NCBI RefSeq assembly: GCF_006345805.1
Contig: NC_042998.1
Location: 120,094,001 to 120,158,000, forward strand
Reading direction: 5' to 3'
DNA from: Octopus sinensis
Taxonomy: Eukaryota
Length of the DNA: 64,000 bases
This document shows positions 10,700 to 23,008 of this stretch, in pieces. The notes under the pieces were generated by a model. The model saw nothing but the letters and a program-made list of their open reading frames with translations, was not told where the DNA came from and did not search any database. Each line of letters starts with the position of its first letter. The stretch's first letter is position 1. A program made the position numbers and the translations under genes.

Positions 10700-12298
10700 T
10701 AATTAAAAGAAAGTCAAAATTTTGTATGAGTATTTATTGAAAAAGAAGTTTAAACTTCTAATGAAAAAACTTTCCTGGCAAGTAAAGGCTGGTTTGAAAA
10801 GTTTAAGAAGCACTTGAATCTGCACAACACAAAAATGACTGGTGATGCTGTCAGTGCTGACATAGATGCAGCTTGTAATTATCTTGAGCATCTAAAGAAA
10901 ATGGTTGATAAAGGGGGCTACACATCAGAGCTAATATACAAGGTTGAAGAAAATGAACTTCTCTGTAAAAGCATGCCAGTTAGAAGTTTTATTTTTCAAA
11001 AAGAAAAATCAGTTTTAAAGCTTCCAAAAATTGTCTGGAATTTCTTATGAAAGTAAAATCTCTACATATTCAAAGTTTAATCTACCTCTGACTTTGCATT
11101 CAAATAAGAAGGTATGGGTGACAAAGAGTCTTTTCAAAGAGTGGTTCACAAACATTTATTGTCCTTCTGTAGAAAGTGACAAACATAACCTTTCAAACAA
11201 AACATTGCTTCTTTTAGACTTTGCCTTGAGCCACTGAGTGAGCTTAGATGACATCTTTGATAATGTGAAAGTAGAATATATCCCTAAGAATACACGTTCC
11301 TTGCTCCAGCCAATGGATCAAGGTGTGATTACTGACTTCAAGACATATCTTATGAGAAGAACTTTCAGACAACTTATGAAAGCAATTGGCAGAGAGAATA
11401 AACCTACAGTTAGAGATTTATGGAAGAATTTCAACATAATGGATGCTGTGAAAAATATAGCTGAGTCATGGGATGAAGTGAAACCTTCAACTTCAAATAG
11501 TCCTTGGAAAAGTATATAGCCAAACTGTATTTGTGACATTACAAGTTTTCCAAAAGCAGAAAGTTTGCTTCAAATTCGGAAAGATATTGTGACACTTGCA
11601 AAACATATAGGATTTGAAGAAGTCATAGAGGATGATGTAGCTGAGTCACTAGTGTACCAGAGAGAAAGTTTATCTCATGGGGAGCTGATGCTGGAGGAAA
11701 GATGACAAGCTGAGAATGGAAGTTCCACCTACACCACTTAAATTGACTACAAAAATTATTGCTAAAGGGTTGGCACTTATAGAAGGTCTGCAAATTTTTG
11801 CTGATAATGATCCCAATCATGAATATAACATAAAAATTACAATGAGCTCTGTTCCTCTATTGAGATGTTCTAAGGGAGGATGCATCATAAACAACAGACA
11901 ATTTAAAATCTTCACCCCTCAAGCTGATGTTGGTGATAATGAACTATAAGATAGTAAATATTGTTGCTTGTCAACATCTTTTGGGGTAAGAAGTACTCTT
12001 ACAATATTATGATTCATATCTATTCCCTAACTTATTTCTCTTAAAATGTTTTTGCATTTATATGTATCTGTATTGTACTATGTATGTTCAGAAATTGATA
12101 TTTTCATATATTAAGGAGATCATGCTGCTTTTTCTCTGTTGTAATCTTGTGCTTGCTTTTTTATTGGAAAAGTCTGCAGGAATGCAATCTTACTTAATGA
12201 TATGAACATCAATAGGAAAATGAATTTTGCATTATGGAATTTTGTGTTATAGCCAGATTTTCAGGAATACATTATTTCCGTAAAGCCAGGGATTCCTG
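10700..12298 (+). mobile_element. Tigger/pogo DNA transposon fossil (DDE_1 transposase fragments, right TIR only)
   Basis: Fragments KMTGDAVSADIDAA..KGGY, YIPKNTRSLLQPMDQGVI..FK..W, and VE/PLKLT..LAKG are pogo/Tigger motifs broken by stops and frameshifts. The right end reads TA|CAGGAATCCCTGGCTTTACG on the minus strand at 12298. Confidence 0.85.
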
Positions 12299-12304
12299 TA
12301 TATC

Positions 12305-13035
12305 ATATCTATGCATATATATTATGGTCTAGATGTTAGTAAGCTTTTCTATGGATGTTCTTGACATAGCTAGCTGTGTCCTAATTTCTTTCTTACATAT
12401 GGCATTATCAGAGACTTGGGTTCCAAGATACTTGTACAATTCAACCTGAATCCTCTCACTGCTCAGTTTAATGTCAACTTTTACTTTCTCTTTTCCTACT
12501 ACCATGACTTTAGTTTGCTTATGGTTGAGATAAAGACCATGTGTATTTGTTAACAATTGGACCAGCAAAAATGTCCTAAGTATAAAACAAGGCTTGTATG
12601 AGTGTTCGTTTGACCAACAGGCATTTATAATGCCTGTTGGCCAAATGAACACTCATACATGAAAAAATTTAAAGAAAGTATAATCAATGCATTTGAAATA
12701 TGGGTGTATAGGAGAAGGTTACAAGTCTCTTACAAGGATTATCAGATAAATGAAGGGTGTTACAAGAAGGTGAAAGACGACAATTCCTGAATAATGTGAA
12801 GAAACAAAAGCTCATTCATTATGGCCATATCTGAAGAAGCAGTGGTTTGAAAAACATTATCATAGAAGGAAGTGTAGAGGGCAGTAGATCAAGAGGCAGA
12901 CAAAGAATGCAATGGATGGACAATATCAAAAGCTGGTTGGACAAGAGTAGCAAGGCAGCTGGGAACCTTGTGCTTAATTGGCAAAATTTTTCTTGCAGTG
13001 TCATCAATGTGCTGCAGGCATACAGTACATGATAA
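12305..13035. mobile_element. RTE LINE fossil with inverted 5' segment (minus 12305-12595, plus 12629-13035)
   Basis: Minus: GLYLN..TKVM..YKYLG..EIR..AMSR..KLTNI. Plus: INAFEIWVYRR..YGHI..IIEGSVEGSRSRGRQRMQWMDNI and a GAT-type tail. Confidence 0.82.
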
Positions 13036-13041
13036 TGACAA

Positions 13042-13310
13042 TATACTCTTTTATTCTTTTACTTGTTTCAATCATTTGACTGCAGCCATGCTGGAGCACT
13101 GCCTTGAAGGATTTCAGGCAAATAAATCATCTCTCTTTTGCTGAACCTCTAAGTTACAGGGACATAAGCACACCAACACCATTTGTCAAGTGATGATGGG
13201 AGGACAAACGCAGATACAAAGACACACACACACACACATATGTATGTATATATGATGGGCTTCTTTCAGTTTCTGCCTACCAAATCCACTCACAAGGCTT
13301 TGGTTGGCTT
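13042..13310 (-). mobile_element. tRNA-SINE head-1 family, tail B variant, head truncated
   Basis: Minus strand GTGAGTGGATTTGGTAGGCAGAAACTGAAAGAAGCCC .. CTCCAGCATGGCTGCAGTCAAATGATTGAAACAAGTAAAAGA. Confidence 0.78.
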
Positions 13311-13419
13311 GCACACACACACACATTTCTATATACACAGATGTACACACACACACATATGTATGAATATGCCTGTGAATGCATGACTATTTAAAATTTA
13401 GGAGTCAGACAGGTACAGC

Positions 13420-13950
13420 CAATGTTGCTCTCTGAAAAAATACTAGTTCTAAGTGCTTCACTCAGGGAATTGTATTGGGACCACTACAGTTTGTGATAGC
13501 TCTCTCAGACATGCCACTCATACCAGCAATACTGACAATACAAAAGTATTACAGGCAGTCAATGACCCTGATATCTCAAAACTACAGAAAGATATGAATG
13601 CAATATACAAGAGGGCTGAAGAAAACATGCAGCTCAATGCTGAGAAATTTCAAATGCACTGCTATTAGCTCACAAGTTGATTACAATTAGAATGCTTAGG
13701 GCCAGGTAGTATTGCAGTCCCAGAGTCACAGTTGTTGCACGACCTGGGAGTTCACATAAATAATGATGCAACATTCCATAGTAACAAGGTGACTGGCTGG
13801 TTGGATTCTGAGCTCAATCAATACAAGGAAAAGGAAACCATGTTGGTCCTATGGAGGACATTTATTCTTGCCTGGATTACTACTGCCATTTATGGCTGCA
13901 ACAGAACATCAAACTAACAATGGTGCTTGGGGCAATCTGATAAAGATGGC
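13420..13950 (+). mobile_element. CR1/L2-group LINE RT fossil
   Basis: QGIVLGPL, DNTKVLQAV..LQKDMNAIY..MQLNAEKFQ and DLGVHINND motifs across broken frames. Confidence 0.7.
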
Positions 13951-14092
13951 AAAAGATAGAAACAAGTAGTGACTTTCAATAAGGAAGGAGTCCTACACAC
14001 AAGTGAAAGCATGGCAAAATAGTCATTGAAATGGCAGTGGTGGTGATGGAGGCTGGGATTTACAATATATATATCTACACTGAATTTCTCAC

Positions 14093-14290
14093 CTGTTCTG
14101 CTTCTGTTAAGTCTTCATCTATTGCCCTCTCATCCATCAAGTGCCTTTTCTCTTATTCACTGTCCCATGCCACTTTGTATAATAGGGAATAGCATTGGAT
14201 CTGTATTCAATTCTCCCAACATTATCCTTTATCATTCTACCTTTCTTTCTTTCTCCTCCTCCTTCTCTCTATCATCACCCATCTTTATTG
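14093..14290 (-). CDS. Candidate exon of a minus-strand host gene with start codon (MDERAIDEDLTEAEQ, coding 14137-14093, phase 0)
   Basis: Acceptor ATGCTTTAG| and strong donor CAG|GTGAGA; the ATG follows an in-frame TAA five codons upstream; the sequence is non-repetitive. No downstream exon or homologue recognised. Confidence 0.35.
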
Positions 14291-15269
14291 CTAAAGCATG
14301 TTTGTACTAAAGAGTAACCTTTAGTCTTGCAATTGACAAGACAGCTGCTCTAATGTTGGTGCTATGGCAAAAATACACCTGTACATTGTGTAAAAGTTGT
14401 AAAATGTGTAGTGACAATGTAGAGACGACTCTTAGTTTTGTGAGGGCATGATGATCTATTATTAATGCAATAATAAAATGCATCTAGTAGTCTTTGTAAA
14501 CTGTTTAGCATTAGGAGGGACATCTTGCCATAGATACTGTGTTAAAATGGAATGTATGAACAAAACAAAAGCAGTTAACACCAAATAAGAATTACCTTGG
14601 ATTCTGATGATCTATCGAAACCATGCCAGCATGAAAAAGTCATACAATGATGATTATATATTGCATTTTTCCCCCTGTTGATATCTAGGTAAATATTTGT
14701 GTACATATATGTATGTATGCATGCACAACCATATTTAATATAGAAAATAGTAGTTCACAGATTCGTAAAATTTATATTGTAAATAACCTAATTGGTATTT
14801 TGACACTTTCTTCTAGCTAGTAAAATCTGAAGTAATGTGCATGTACCCAGTTCTCAGTAGTATTGAAAGAAAAGATATCAAAATGATGATGATGATGAAG
14901 CTGATAATGATAATGATGATACCACCACTGATGATGGTGGACAGAATTAGATACAGCTACACAGAACAGACTGAACAAAGCAGTTTCCCATCCCTAAATA
15001 ATGTTTCTCAGTGTATCTATTTAATGTCCATTACTATACACAGCTAAAGTAGTATGGTATGTCTGCTCTAAAACGTTGCTGACCATTTAAAAGGTAGAAG
15101 TGCATTCTACATTAGAGTACTGCTCACATATCTAGGACAGAGTAGCTTCTACACACACATACATTAGACAAACACTCAGCAAATAAAAGGCCATCTGAGT
15201 AATTGGCAAATCTTTGCAAACCAACAGCTTACAATCTCTGACCCAATAATCTCTCTCTCTCTCGTCCCT

Positions 15270-15372
15270 CCTGCTGCTGCTGGTATTACAACTGCTGCTA
15301 CTACCACTACTGCTGTGCTGCTGCTGCTACTGCTGTGCTACTACTACTACTACTAAAGCTGCTGCTGCTACT
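15270..15372. repeat. Mixed (CTG)/(CTA) trinucleotide tract
   Basis: CTGCTG/CTACTA runs just inside the candidate minus-strand intron after 15417. Confidence 0.9.
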
Positions 15373-15416
15373 TCTCTGAACCAGCAAGTTGTGTTATTAT
15401 TTCTGTCGAGGCTCAC

Positions 15417-15545
15417 CTGATGTTCTCATCTCTCTCTTTCTGTGTCTCGACCCCTACCAGCATCCACACTAAACACTACTCTATATTTCCTCTCCAGAAT
15501 CACAACCCTTCAGAATTCCCTCTTGTTCAGATTTTTCACAACTGA
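15417..15545 (-). promoter_or_regulatory. Candidate TSS and non-coding first exon (minus strand)
   Basis: Protostome initiator consensus TCAGTT at 15545-15540 and donor CAG|GTGAGC at 15417/15416, at the edge of the CpG-retaining domain. Confidence 0.35.
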
Positions 15546-17049
15546 CATCAACGTGCAGTGGTTCAAGTTGAAAATCATGGGACCTCTACATGGTTGACCA
15601 ATCTACTAGAAGTAGCAGTCAAATCTTCAAATTACATTCTACCGTCTTGGGACATTAAAGGTTACATTGATGAATGCAACTAATCCTACATATCCATAAA
15701 ACGGGATGGTCACTGTGGAAATACCTTTGATCATAGGTCTACTCGATCAGGGTTAACCTGAAGCTAAACGTCAATTATATAAAGATCATGGAATGTATTG
15801 TTTATCTCATATAAGCACAAGTGCACAGATTTCTGAAGGAGAGAAATATTCGATTAAATTGCTTCTAATACTTGAGTAGAACTTATTTTATCGACCTTGG
15901 GACTGTAGAAAGATGAATTTGACTGTGGTAAAATTTGAACATAAGACTAATAATAAAGGAAAATTTGGTGTTATCCATACTGGACTGACGAAACAAGATA
16001 ATTTCTCACCGGTGTCAGTGTCGAGATAATGTCCTTTATCAGATATATTAAATCTAAGCCAACAAGCACATTTCATATAACCGTTTGAATGCTAGAAATA
16101 GCAATCAAATTCCTCTCAATTCACAAGCATCATCTTGAATAAAAACAGGATGGTCTTTGATAAAATGTCTGTAGATCAGGGTTGTCCTGACGGTTAACAT
16201 ACATCTTAAAATAGACCGGTACTTTTTAACCATCTTGTCTATATGTCTTCCCTTTACTATTCATCATCCCGTTAATTCCTACATATATGATAAGAAAAAG
16301 TTATCTTATGCACAGTACAATTTATTAATAGCCTTATTACTTTAACATTAGTGTCCTTAAAAATCAACTGTAAGGAAAATTAATCTAGTAAAAACAGTTC
16401 AGGTAATGATTTTTAAAACCAAAAACAGTTTCCCCATAAATCCCCAAAATTTCCCCAAGCTTAAAAATAACAGAGTTAGACTGTTTGTTAGAGAAGTCAC
16501 GGAAATATGACGAGTTTGTAATTGATGACAGGTTTGAAGTTCTAGCAGGAATACATCAAAAATGTCTTACTGTTTTCCTTTATTGTAATTTTTCAAATTC
16601 TAAAAAGCAAATTTCGAGACTGGATGACAGAAACTGTAAAGCGTCGGACAAAATATTATGCGGCATTTGGTAATGGTCCGTTATTCACAGAGGGGTAGAA
16701 AAAACAAGTACTTCTTGTATACTGGATCCGATTCAAGTAACACAATCTTTTTCCAAAATGTATGGCTTTGTGCTAAAGTTGGAAATTATAATCATAAGGT
16801 CTAAATGCTATTTAGTTACATACTTTCTCATTCTGAGTTCAAATTCCCATGGTCCACGAAATAATTTTAATGAGAAGTTGGGCACGTGCAAGTGTATGCA
16901 AAAATGTATGATGGTTATATATTGAAAACGTTAACCGCATCCATATCGGAGGTTTGAAGAGTCTGAGTACACGCCTTCTCTTTAGGCTGAACGAATAAAT
17001 ATAATTATGGATTTTGGAGAAGGAGGTTAGTTGATATCACCAACATCAG

Positions 17050-17392
17050 TATATGACTGGTACTTTATTTAATCGACCCCAAAATGATGATAGGCAAAGT
17101 TGATGTTGGCGGCGAGCTGGCAGAAACGTTAGCGCGCCGGGCGAAATGCTTAGCGGTATTTCGTCTACCGTAACGTTCTGAGTTCAAATTCCGCCGAGGT
17201 CGACTTTGCCTTTCATCCTTTCGGGGTCGATGAATTAAGTACCAGTTACGCACTGGGTTCGATATAATCAACTTAATCCGTTTGTCTGTCCCCTCTGTGG
17301 GTAGTAAAGAAATAGGTATTGAACTCAGAACGAGGAGAGGGAAGAAGCACCGCAAAGCATTTTGACATTCTAATATTTCTGCCAACTCGCTG
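17050..17392. mobile_element. Young head-2 SINE (+, 17108-17314) nested in an older minus-strand copy of the same family
   Basis: 17050-17107 and 17315-17392 rejoin into one minus-strand SINE. More degenerate copies lie at about 15880-15950, 16620-16800, 17410-17560, 17700-17830 and 17840-17995. Confidence 0.8.
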
Positions 17393-18045
17393 CTCATTTA
17401 AGGACTTGAATAGGGGACAAGGTCGGAAATTTTTAGATGGGGATCTGTCGATTACATCGATCCAGGTATTCAACTAGTACTTTAATTTATCGAATTCGGG
17501 AAGCAAAGTTGATCACGGAAGGATTTGAACCCAGCACGTACAAAGCAACAACAAAATAATACTACAAGGTATTTTGTATAGCCAACTATTAGCAGCGATT
17601 TAAAATTGACTATACCATCCATTAAATATGTTTGAGGTTTCAGTTTAGTCACCTACACACTCCTACAACATCTGGTCTTAGGGCTGTTAGAATTCTGTTG
17701 ATTGGTAGAATCGTTAGAGCGTTGGATAAAAGCTCAAATTCCGCCGAGGTCCAACTTCGCCTTTCCTCTCTTCTAGGTTAGTAAGATCGATTTAATCGAC
17801 TAACTCCTCCCCACAAAATTTTGATGCGTCTTGCTGTATTTATTGTCCCTTTATATTTAGAGTTCAAATCTAGTCAGAGTTGACTACACTTTTCATCTCT
17901 ATGGGACGATAAAATAATATACCTGCTAAGTGTTAGGATTACTAATTATGCTATAACTCTAATTCAAAATTTGTGGACTTATGCCAAAGTTAGAAATCAT
18001 TATTATTATTATTTATTCATTTCGAATTTTGACGTCCACACATAC

Positions 18046-18350
18046 CTTGATGAGTTTATAAGCAAACTAGTGTTCAGAACATGGAAGTATAGAAGTACGG
18101 TTCACACAGCTATGTAAATTACAACTGCTGTTGCTTCACTTCATTCAGTAGATATTTTTACACTCAAAACATTGCTTTCAGAGACGACTTGATGGGAGTA
18201 CAGCAGCCAACATTCATACCTGCTGTATCTCTCATTCTACCGCGATTGTTTCTTCAAGAATTTTGCACACGACTCTCTTCTGTTTTCATGCTCTGCCGCT
18301 AACCTAACGATGATTAGAGCGAAGTACTTGACTACACAGCCTTAGCCCAC
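18046..18350 (-). other. Candidate non-coding 5' exon (minus strand) with two alternative donors
   Basis: CAG|GTATGA at 18220/18219 and AAG|GTATGT at 18046/18045; unique CpG-rich sequence; no long ORF. The upstream boundary is a guess. Confidence 0.3.
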
Positions 18351-19181
18351 TCACTCTACTTCACTTACTTTTAACTTAAACATTCAGCTAAAATCATGAT
18401 CGTTCTAAGACATTAATTACTGGTAATCGTTGTTTAACATTAAAAAATATGAAGTAAAAAATTTTTAACGGCTGCTTAGTGTTTTGTTAGTATTTTAAAT
18501 ATTAGTTTATTTAATAACCAGAAATAAATAGGTTTAATAGATGAAATGAAAATGCTTAAACATGTAAAAAATAATTTAATGAACCATTCTAATAATTTTA
18601 TTTCAATAAAGCATTTATATAAAGTCAGTGTATATTTTTGAAATATGAAATAAATAATGAACAAGAAACAAGCCAACCAGCCCACTCAACAAGAAATCTG
18701 TTAAAAGATGTGAATGTAGCTTTAGGCAACTATGGTCTTTCATAGTTTTCACAATTCCAAAGCGCGGTTTTGAATGAGAGACAGAGAGAGCGGGAGAGAA
18801 AGCGAAGAGAGAAATACTTATTTATCTATATATCTCTCGCTGAACATTTTAATAACATTCGATACGGGTAGTAGCGAAATGTCTTCTACCACACTAAGAG
18901 CGGCGGTGAATTTTTGAAAACTTCAGTATTCTTCAAACAATTCTACAACTTTCCTCCTTTCCCTGACTCACACGCTCGCCAAGCTCAATTAATATCGTCC
19001 GACGGGGTTTGATCTCAGAATCGACGGTCTTATAATTTGCATTCGGCAGCTGTAACGGAAACATACGAATGTAGCCGAAGTGTGTGTTGGTATAATGGCT
19101 GACAGTGGACTGTACTCACGGACTACTACAGTGATGTACAGGGAGTTTAAGTTTTCTTGATAGAATATGGAAATGTGAGCC

Positions 19182-19248
19182 ATGAGCTCGTGTGAACAAA
19201 CGGAAGATAATATAAGTGATAGTGAGGTGGCTCATTATTACAAACCAG
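19182..19248 (+). CDS. Candidate first coding exon of a plus-strand host gene (MSSCEQTEDNISDSEVAHYYKP, phase 1)
   Basis: GCCATGA start, 22 open codons, donor CAG|GTAATT, in the densest CpG patch. No second exon could be assigned. Confidence 0.45.
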
Positions 19249-19506
19249 GTAATTAGTTTTCACCTTTTTCTTCGTTCTCAGCTGTAAATTTTCGTCCGTC
19301 AAGAGAGAGGCACTCACTGTATGAACAGAGGGGAGAAGAAAAAATAGCCAATGTGGCTACAACTGATTTCTTACTACAAATTATATACATTCTGTAGCAG
19401 TAACACAAAACACGACGCTATCAAATTTATCAGTAGCTTGTAATATATCATCTTTGCTTTATTATAAAACCTAATATTGTATTTCAATGGAGATTGCTTG
19501 TTAGAT

Positions 19507-19582
19507 ATTATTATTATTATTATCATTGACATCATCATCGTTATCATCATCGCCCTCTTCCTCCTCTTTGTCATCATCATCA
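19507..19582. repeat. (TAT)/(CAT) trinucleotide tract
   Basis: Direct reading; source of the poly-I/poly-M ORFs. Confidence 0.93.
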
Positions 19583-20519
19583 TCATTATCATCATCATCA
19601 CTAAGCTTTCTTACCGGGATTGTATGGATTGTCTATGGTTATATTTTATCTCAAGACGAAAGTTAGAGTCTGAGGGTTGGATGATGTGAATGATTCATAT
19701 TAATACACACACACACACATTATATACCTTTCTGACAATTGTATACATGAATGTATGCTTACACACACATACACACACAGCCTATTAGCTATGTGAACAG
19801 CAGTAAACGCGAAATTGAGGAATAGAACAATCTCAACACTAAATATTTACACTTTTCATTGGTATTGAGTACCTTTCCCGTTCGTTTCGAAACTCAAAGG
19901 TGTGTGTATATATATATATATACACACACACACACAACTGATTTGTTACATCAACCGTTCTCTATTTAAATAATAAATACATGTAATTAACTTCTGTCAG
20001 TAAAGGACTAAATAATTTAATTCCATTTCGTATAGTTATTGTAGTTGTTAGTCTTCCTCTTAATATGTTTTCCAACATCTCATTCTATCCAATAAAACTT
20101 TGCTGAAAAGAGATGAGGAGCAAAGAGATTTTTTTTTTGGACAGAATTGCTTTACTCTTCATTTTATCAAATTATGTATGAGCAATACTAACACACACAC
20201 ACGCGCGCGCGTGTGTGCGCTTACAATTAGGAATATAGGTATATATACAAGAGTGTTTGGATGGGTGGGTGCATCTGTGTATGAGCGTGATGTGTATACA
20301 TGTATTGATGCATAAAAATGTATACATATGTGTGCGTACATAAATGTAAATGTACATGTATAAAGATGTATGAAAATATACATAACTGTAAGTGCATATA
20401 ATTGTGTGCTTATACGCGTAAGACATTTGTGCATGTGCTGAGGTACGCGCATTCATGAGTATCTCACCGCATGCACAAATTACATGCATAAACGTATATG
20501 TATGGATGCTACTGTAAAA

Positions 20520-20798
20520 GTGTATATATACATAATCAAAAATCTATATAAATAGATATGCATCTAAAATTATCTATATGCATGTATGTGTATATATAAA
20601 TGTATGGTTGTATATATATCTATATATATACATACGTGTGTGTGTGTATAATATATATGAATGTATAGACATTGTGTGTGTATGTAAATGTGTATATACA
20701 AACATATAGTTACGTATATTTATGTGTGTGTACTTGAACGTATCCAAATAGATCTACATAATTATATGCATATATACGTATATATGGACGTGTGTTAT

Positions 20799-20848
<50 letters not shown>

Positions 20849-20941
20849 GTATGAAAATTATGTGAATATGTGGTGTAATGTATGTAACATATGTGTGTAT
20901 ATATATATATACACACACATACATTAGAATCTCTCTCTCTA

Positions 20942-20978
<37 letters not shown>

Positions 20979-21060
20979 ATATATAATATATATATATATA
21001 CATACATACACGCACACACATGGCATATCTGGTGTATGTATGTATATATATATATATTTT
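20520..21060. repeat. Compound (TA)n/(TG)n/(CA)n microsatellite field (similar fields at 21490-21950 and 22590-23005)
   Basis: Direct reading. Confidence 0.95.
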
Positions 21061-21111
21061 TTTTCTTTTATACATAAATTTCGAACGATATACATACGTG
21101 CACATACAAAT

Positions 21112-21485
21112 GCACGGACGTGGCTGTATGGTTAAGAAGCTTGCTTTCTGACCATGTGATGCCGGGTTCAGTTCCACTGCGTTAGTTCTTAGGGCAAGAA
21201 TCTTATATCCTTGGTTTGACCAAAGACATGTGAATAGATTTGGTTGACGGAAACTGAAAGAAGCCTGTTGTGTGTATGTCTTGACATTGCGTGAGTGATA
21301 AATGAGTGTCACTGTCATTCAAGTTGTGTCATTCATTTTCAATTTCCTATGTGTAGCTACTGAAATGTTATTACCTTCGGAGGGTTGCCAACAGGAAGAC
21401 CAATTGGTCGTAGAAAATCTGCCGCAATAAATTCTCTTTGTCCCATGTCAGCATTGAAAAGTGGACGTTAAATTATAACGATGAT
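21112..21485 (+). mobile_element. tRNA-SINE head 1 + tail A, full length
   Basis: GTGGCTGTATGGTTAAGAAGC (A box) .. CCGGGTTCAGTTCCACTGCG (B box) .. GTGGACGTTAAA..GATGAT. Confidence 0.82.
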
Positions 21486-21586
21486 ATCTATTTATTTCTA
21501 TGTATGTATAAATATATGTTTGTGTGTGTATGTATATATGAATGAATTCCTGCATTTATGTAAATGTATATGTGTGAGTGTGTTAG

Positions 21587-21640
<54 letters not shown>

Positions 21641-21703
21641 TATACAAGTATGAATACATATATATATATGTGTATGTGCATATATATATATATGCAATGG
21701 CTA

Positions 21704-21734
<31 letters not shown>

Positions 21735-21852
21735 CTTTATACAGATTCTCACACATTATATCAATATAATCATTTAATCTCGGTGTCTCCATGCTGACGT
21801 TTGTTGGACATTATATGTATACACTATATACCTCTATAAATAACTGTATAGG

Positions 21853-21900
<48 letters not shown>

Positions 21901-21959
21901 AATATGTCATGTATGAGTAGTCATATGTATATACACATATATGTATGCATACAGGCAAC

Positions 21960-22510
21960 TTGTAGGGGTTCTTGAGTGCTTCCGTCAGAGATGTCTGAGA
22001 CATGTTCTAAATATTGGCTGATCCATGCAGATGCCAGGCACAGAGGTCTAGAGGGGAGCTGATGTCCTGAGTATTGAGGCAATGGGGCACAAACACTAGT
22101 TACGTTGGACTGGACATCTTGTTCAGATGAATGATTGGAAGATCTTTATGCAGTTGATATATATATATATGGTGAACTTGTTTGCGGAAAACACACCCAG
22201 TAGAAATTAAGATTACAATTTAAGGATTGTGTAAAGTCATTGTTGAAAGCCTGTGGAATATAGGAGGTTAGTTCGTGAAGCAAAGATTGCCATTGTCACC
22301 AATGGAGGAAAGAAGTAAAGAAAGGAGTGAAAAAACATGCATTTTATAAAGAAAGTTTTTGAAAAAACATGCATTTTATAATGCAAAATTTAAGCAAGTT
22401 ACTTGAAAACACACTGCTGGTGTTGTGAATGAGGAAATATTGGTCTGCAATATCTGCACACATTTATGTTTATGAAGTGCTAGGCTCATTAGTCACCTGT
22501 GGAGCCTCAA
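21960..22510 (+). mobile_element. RTE/BovB-type LINE 3' fossil
   Basis: LECFRQRCLRHVL, LRWTGHLVQM, KLQFKDCVK and a terminal CNICTH..LISH zinc-finger remnant. Confidence 0.75.
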
Positions 22511-22603
22511 GTAGAATGTATAAATTTGTGCACAATGTTCTTAATGGTCAGTGATGGTCATTCTTGGTTATGGGATGGATAGCCATCATCATCATGTGTG
22601 TGC

Positions 22604-22645
<42 letters not shown>

Positions 22646-23008
22646 TTGTTTATATAGATATATGTTTATGAGTGTGTGTATATATATATGTGTGTGTATG
22701 CATGTGTATATATGTACCTATAGAAATATGGATATAGGTATCTGCATTTGTGTGTTTATATACATATGTATATAAATATATGTATGTTTATGTGTATATA
22801 TATATACACACACACACACAGAAAAGTAGACAGCTGTGTGTGTGTGTATATATATATATTAAAATACACATTTATGAATGAATTTATATTTAAAGAAATA
22901 AATATATGTATATTTATACATACGTATATATTAGTATATTAGTATACATGTGTATATATATATATGTATGTTTATATATCCATGCATGTGTTTGTGTGTG
23001 TGTGTATA

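Larger units (their letters stand above)
15400..21300. promoter_or_regulatory. CpG-retaining (probably unmethylated) domain 1, putative bidirectional promoter region
   Basis: 12 CG in 18961-19140 versus 0 CG in 56401-56940 (hand counts). SINE copies here keep CpGs. Strong donors on both strands. Confidence 0.55.

Noticed and set aside
15888-16076. 62-aa minus ORF MKCACWLRFNISDKGHY.. as a gene
   Set aside because: Its 3' part is a SINE fragment and its acceptor lies in a repeat. Only 16010-16091 is exon-like (donor CCG|GTGAGA).
16010-19248. Both the 16076 (-) and 19182 (+) exon candidates are 67 nt from ATG to donor and have NISD at residues 10-13
   Set aside because: No other alignable residues or flanking similarity. 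Treated as coincidence rather than an inverted gene duplication.
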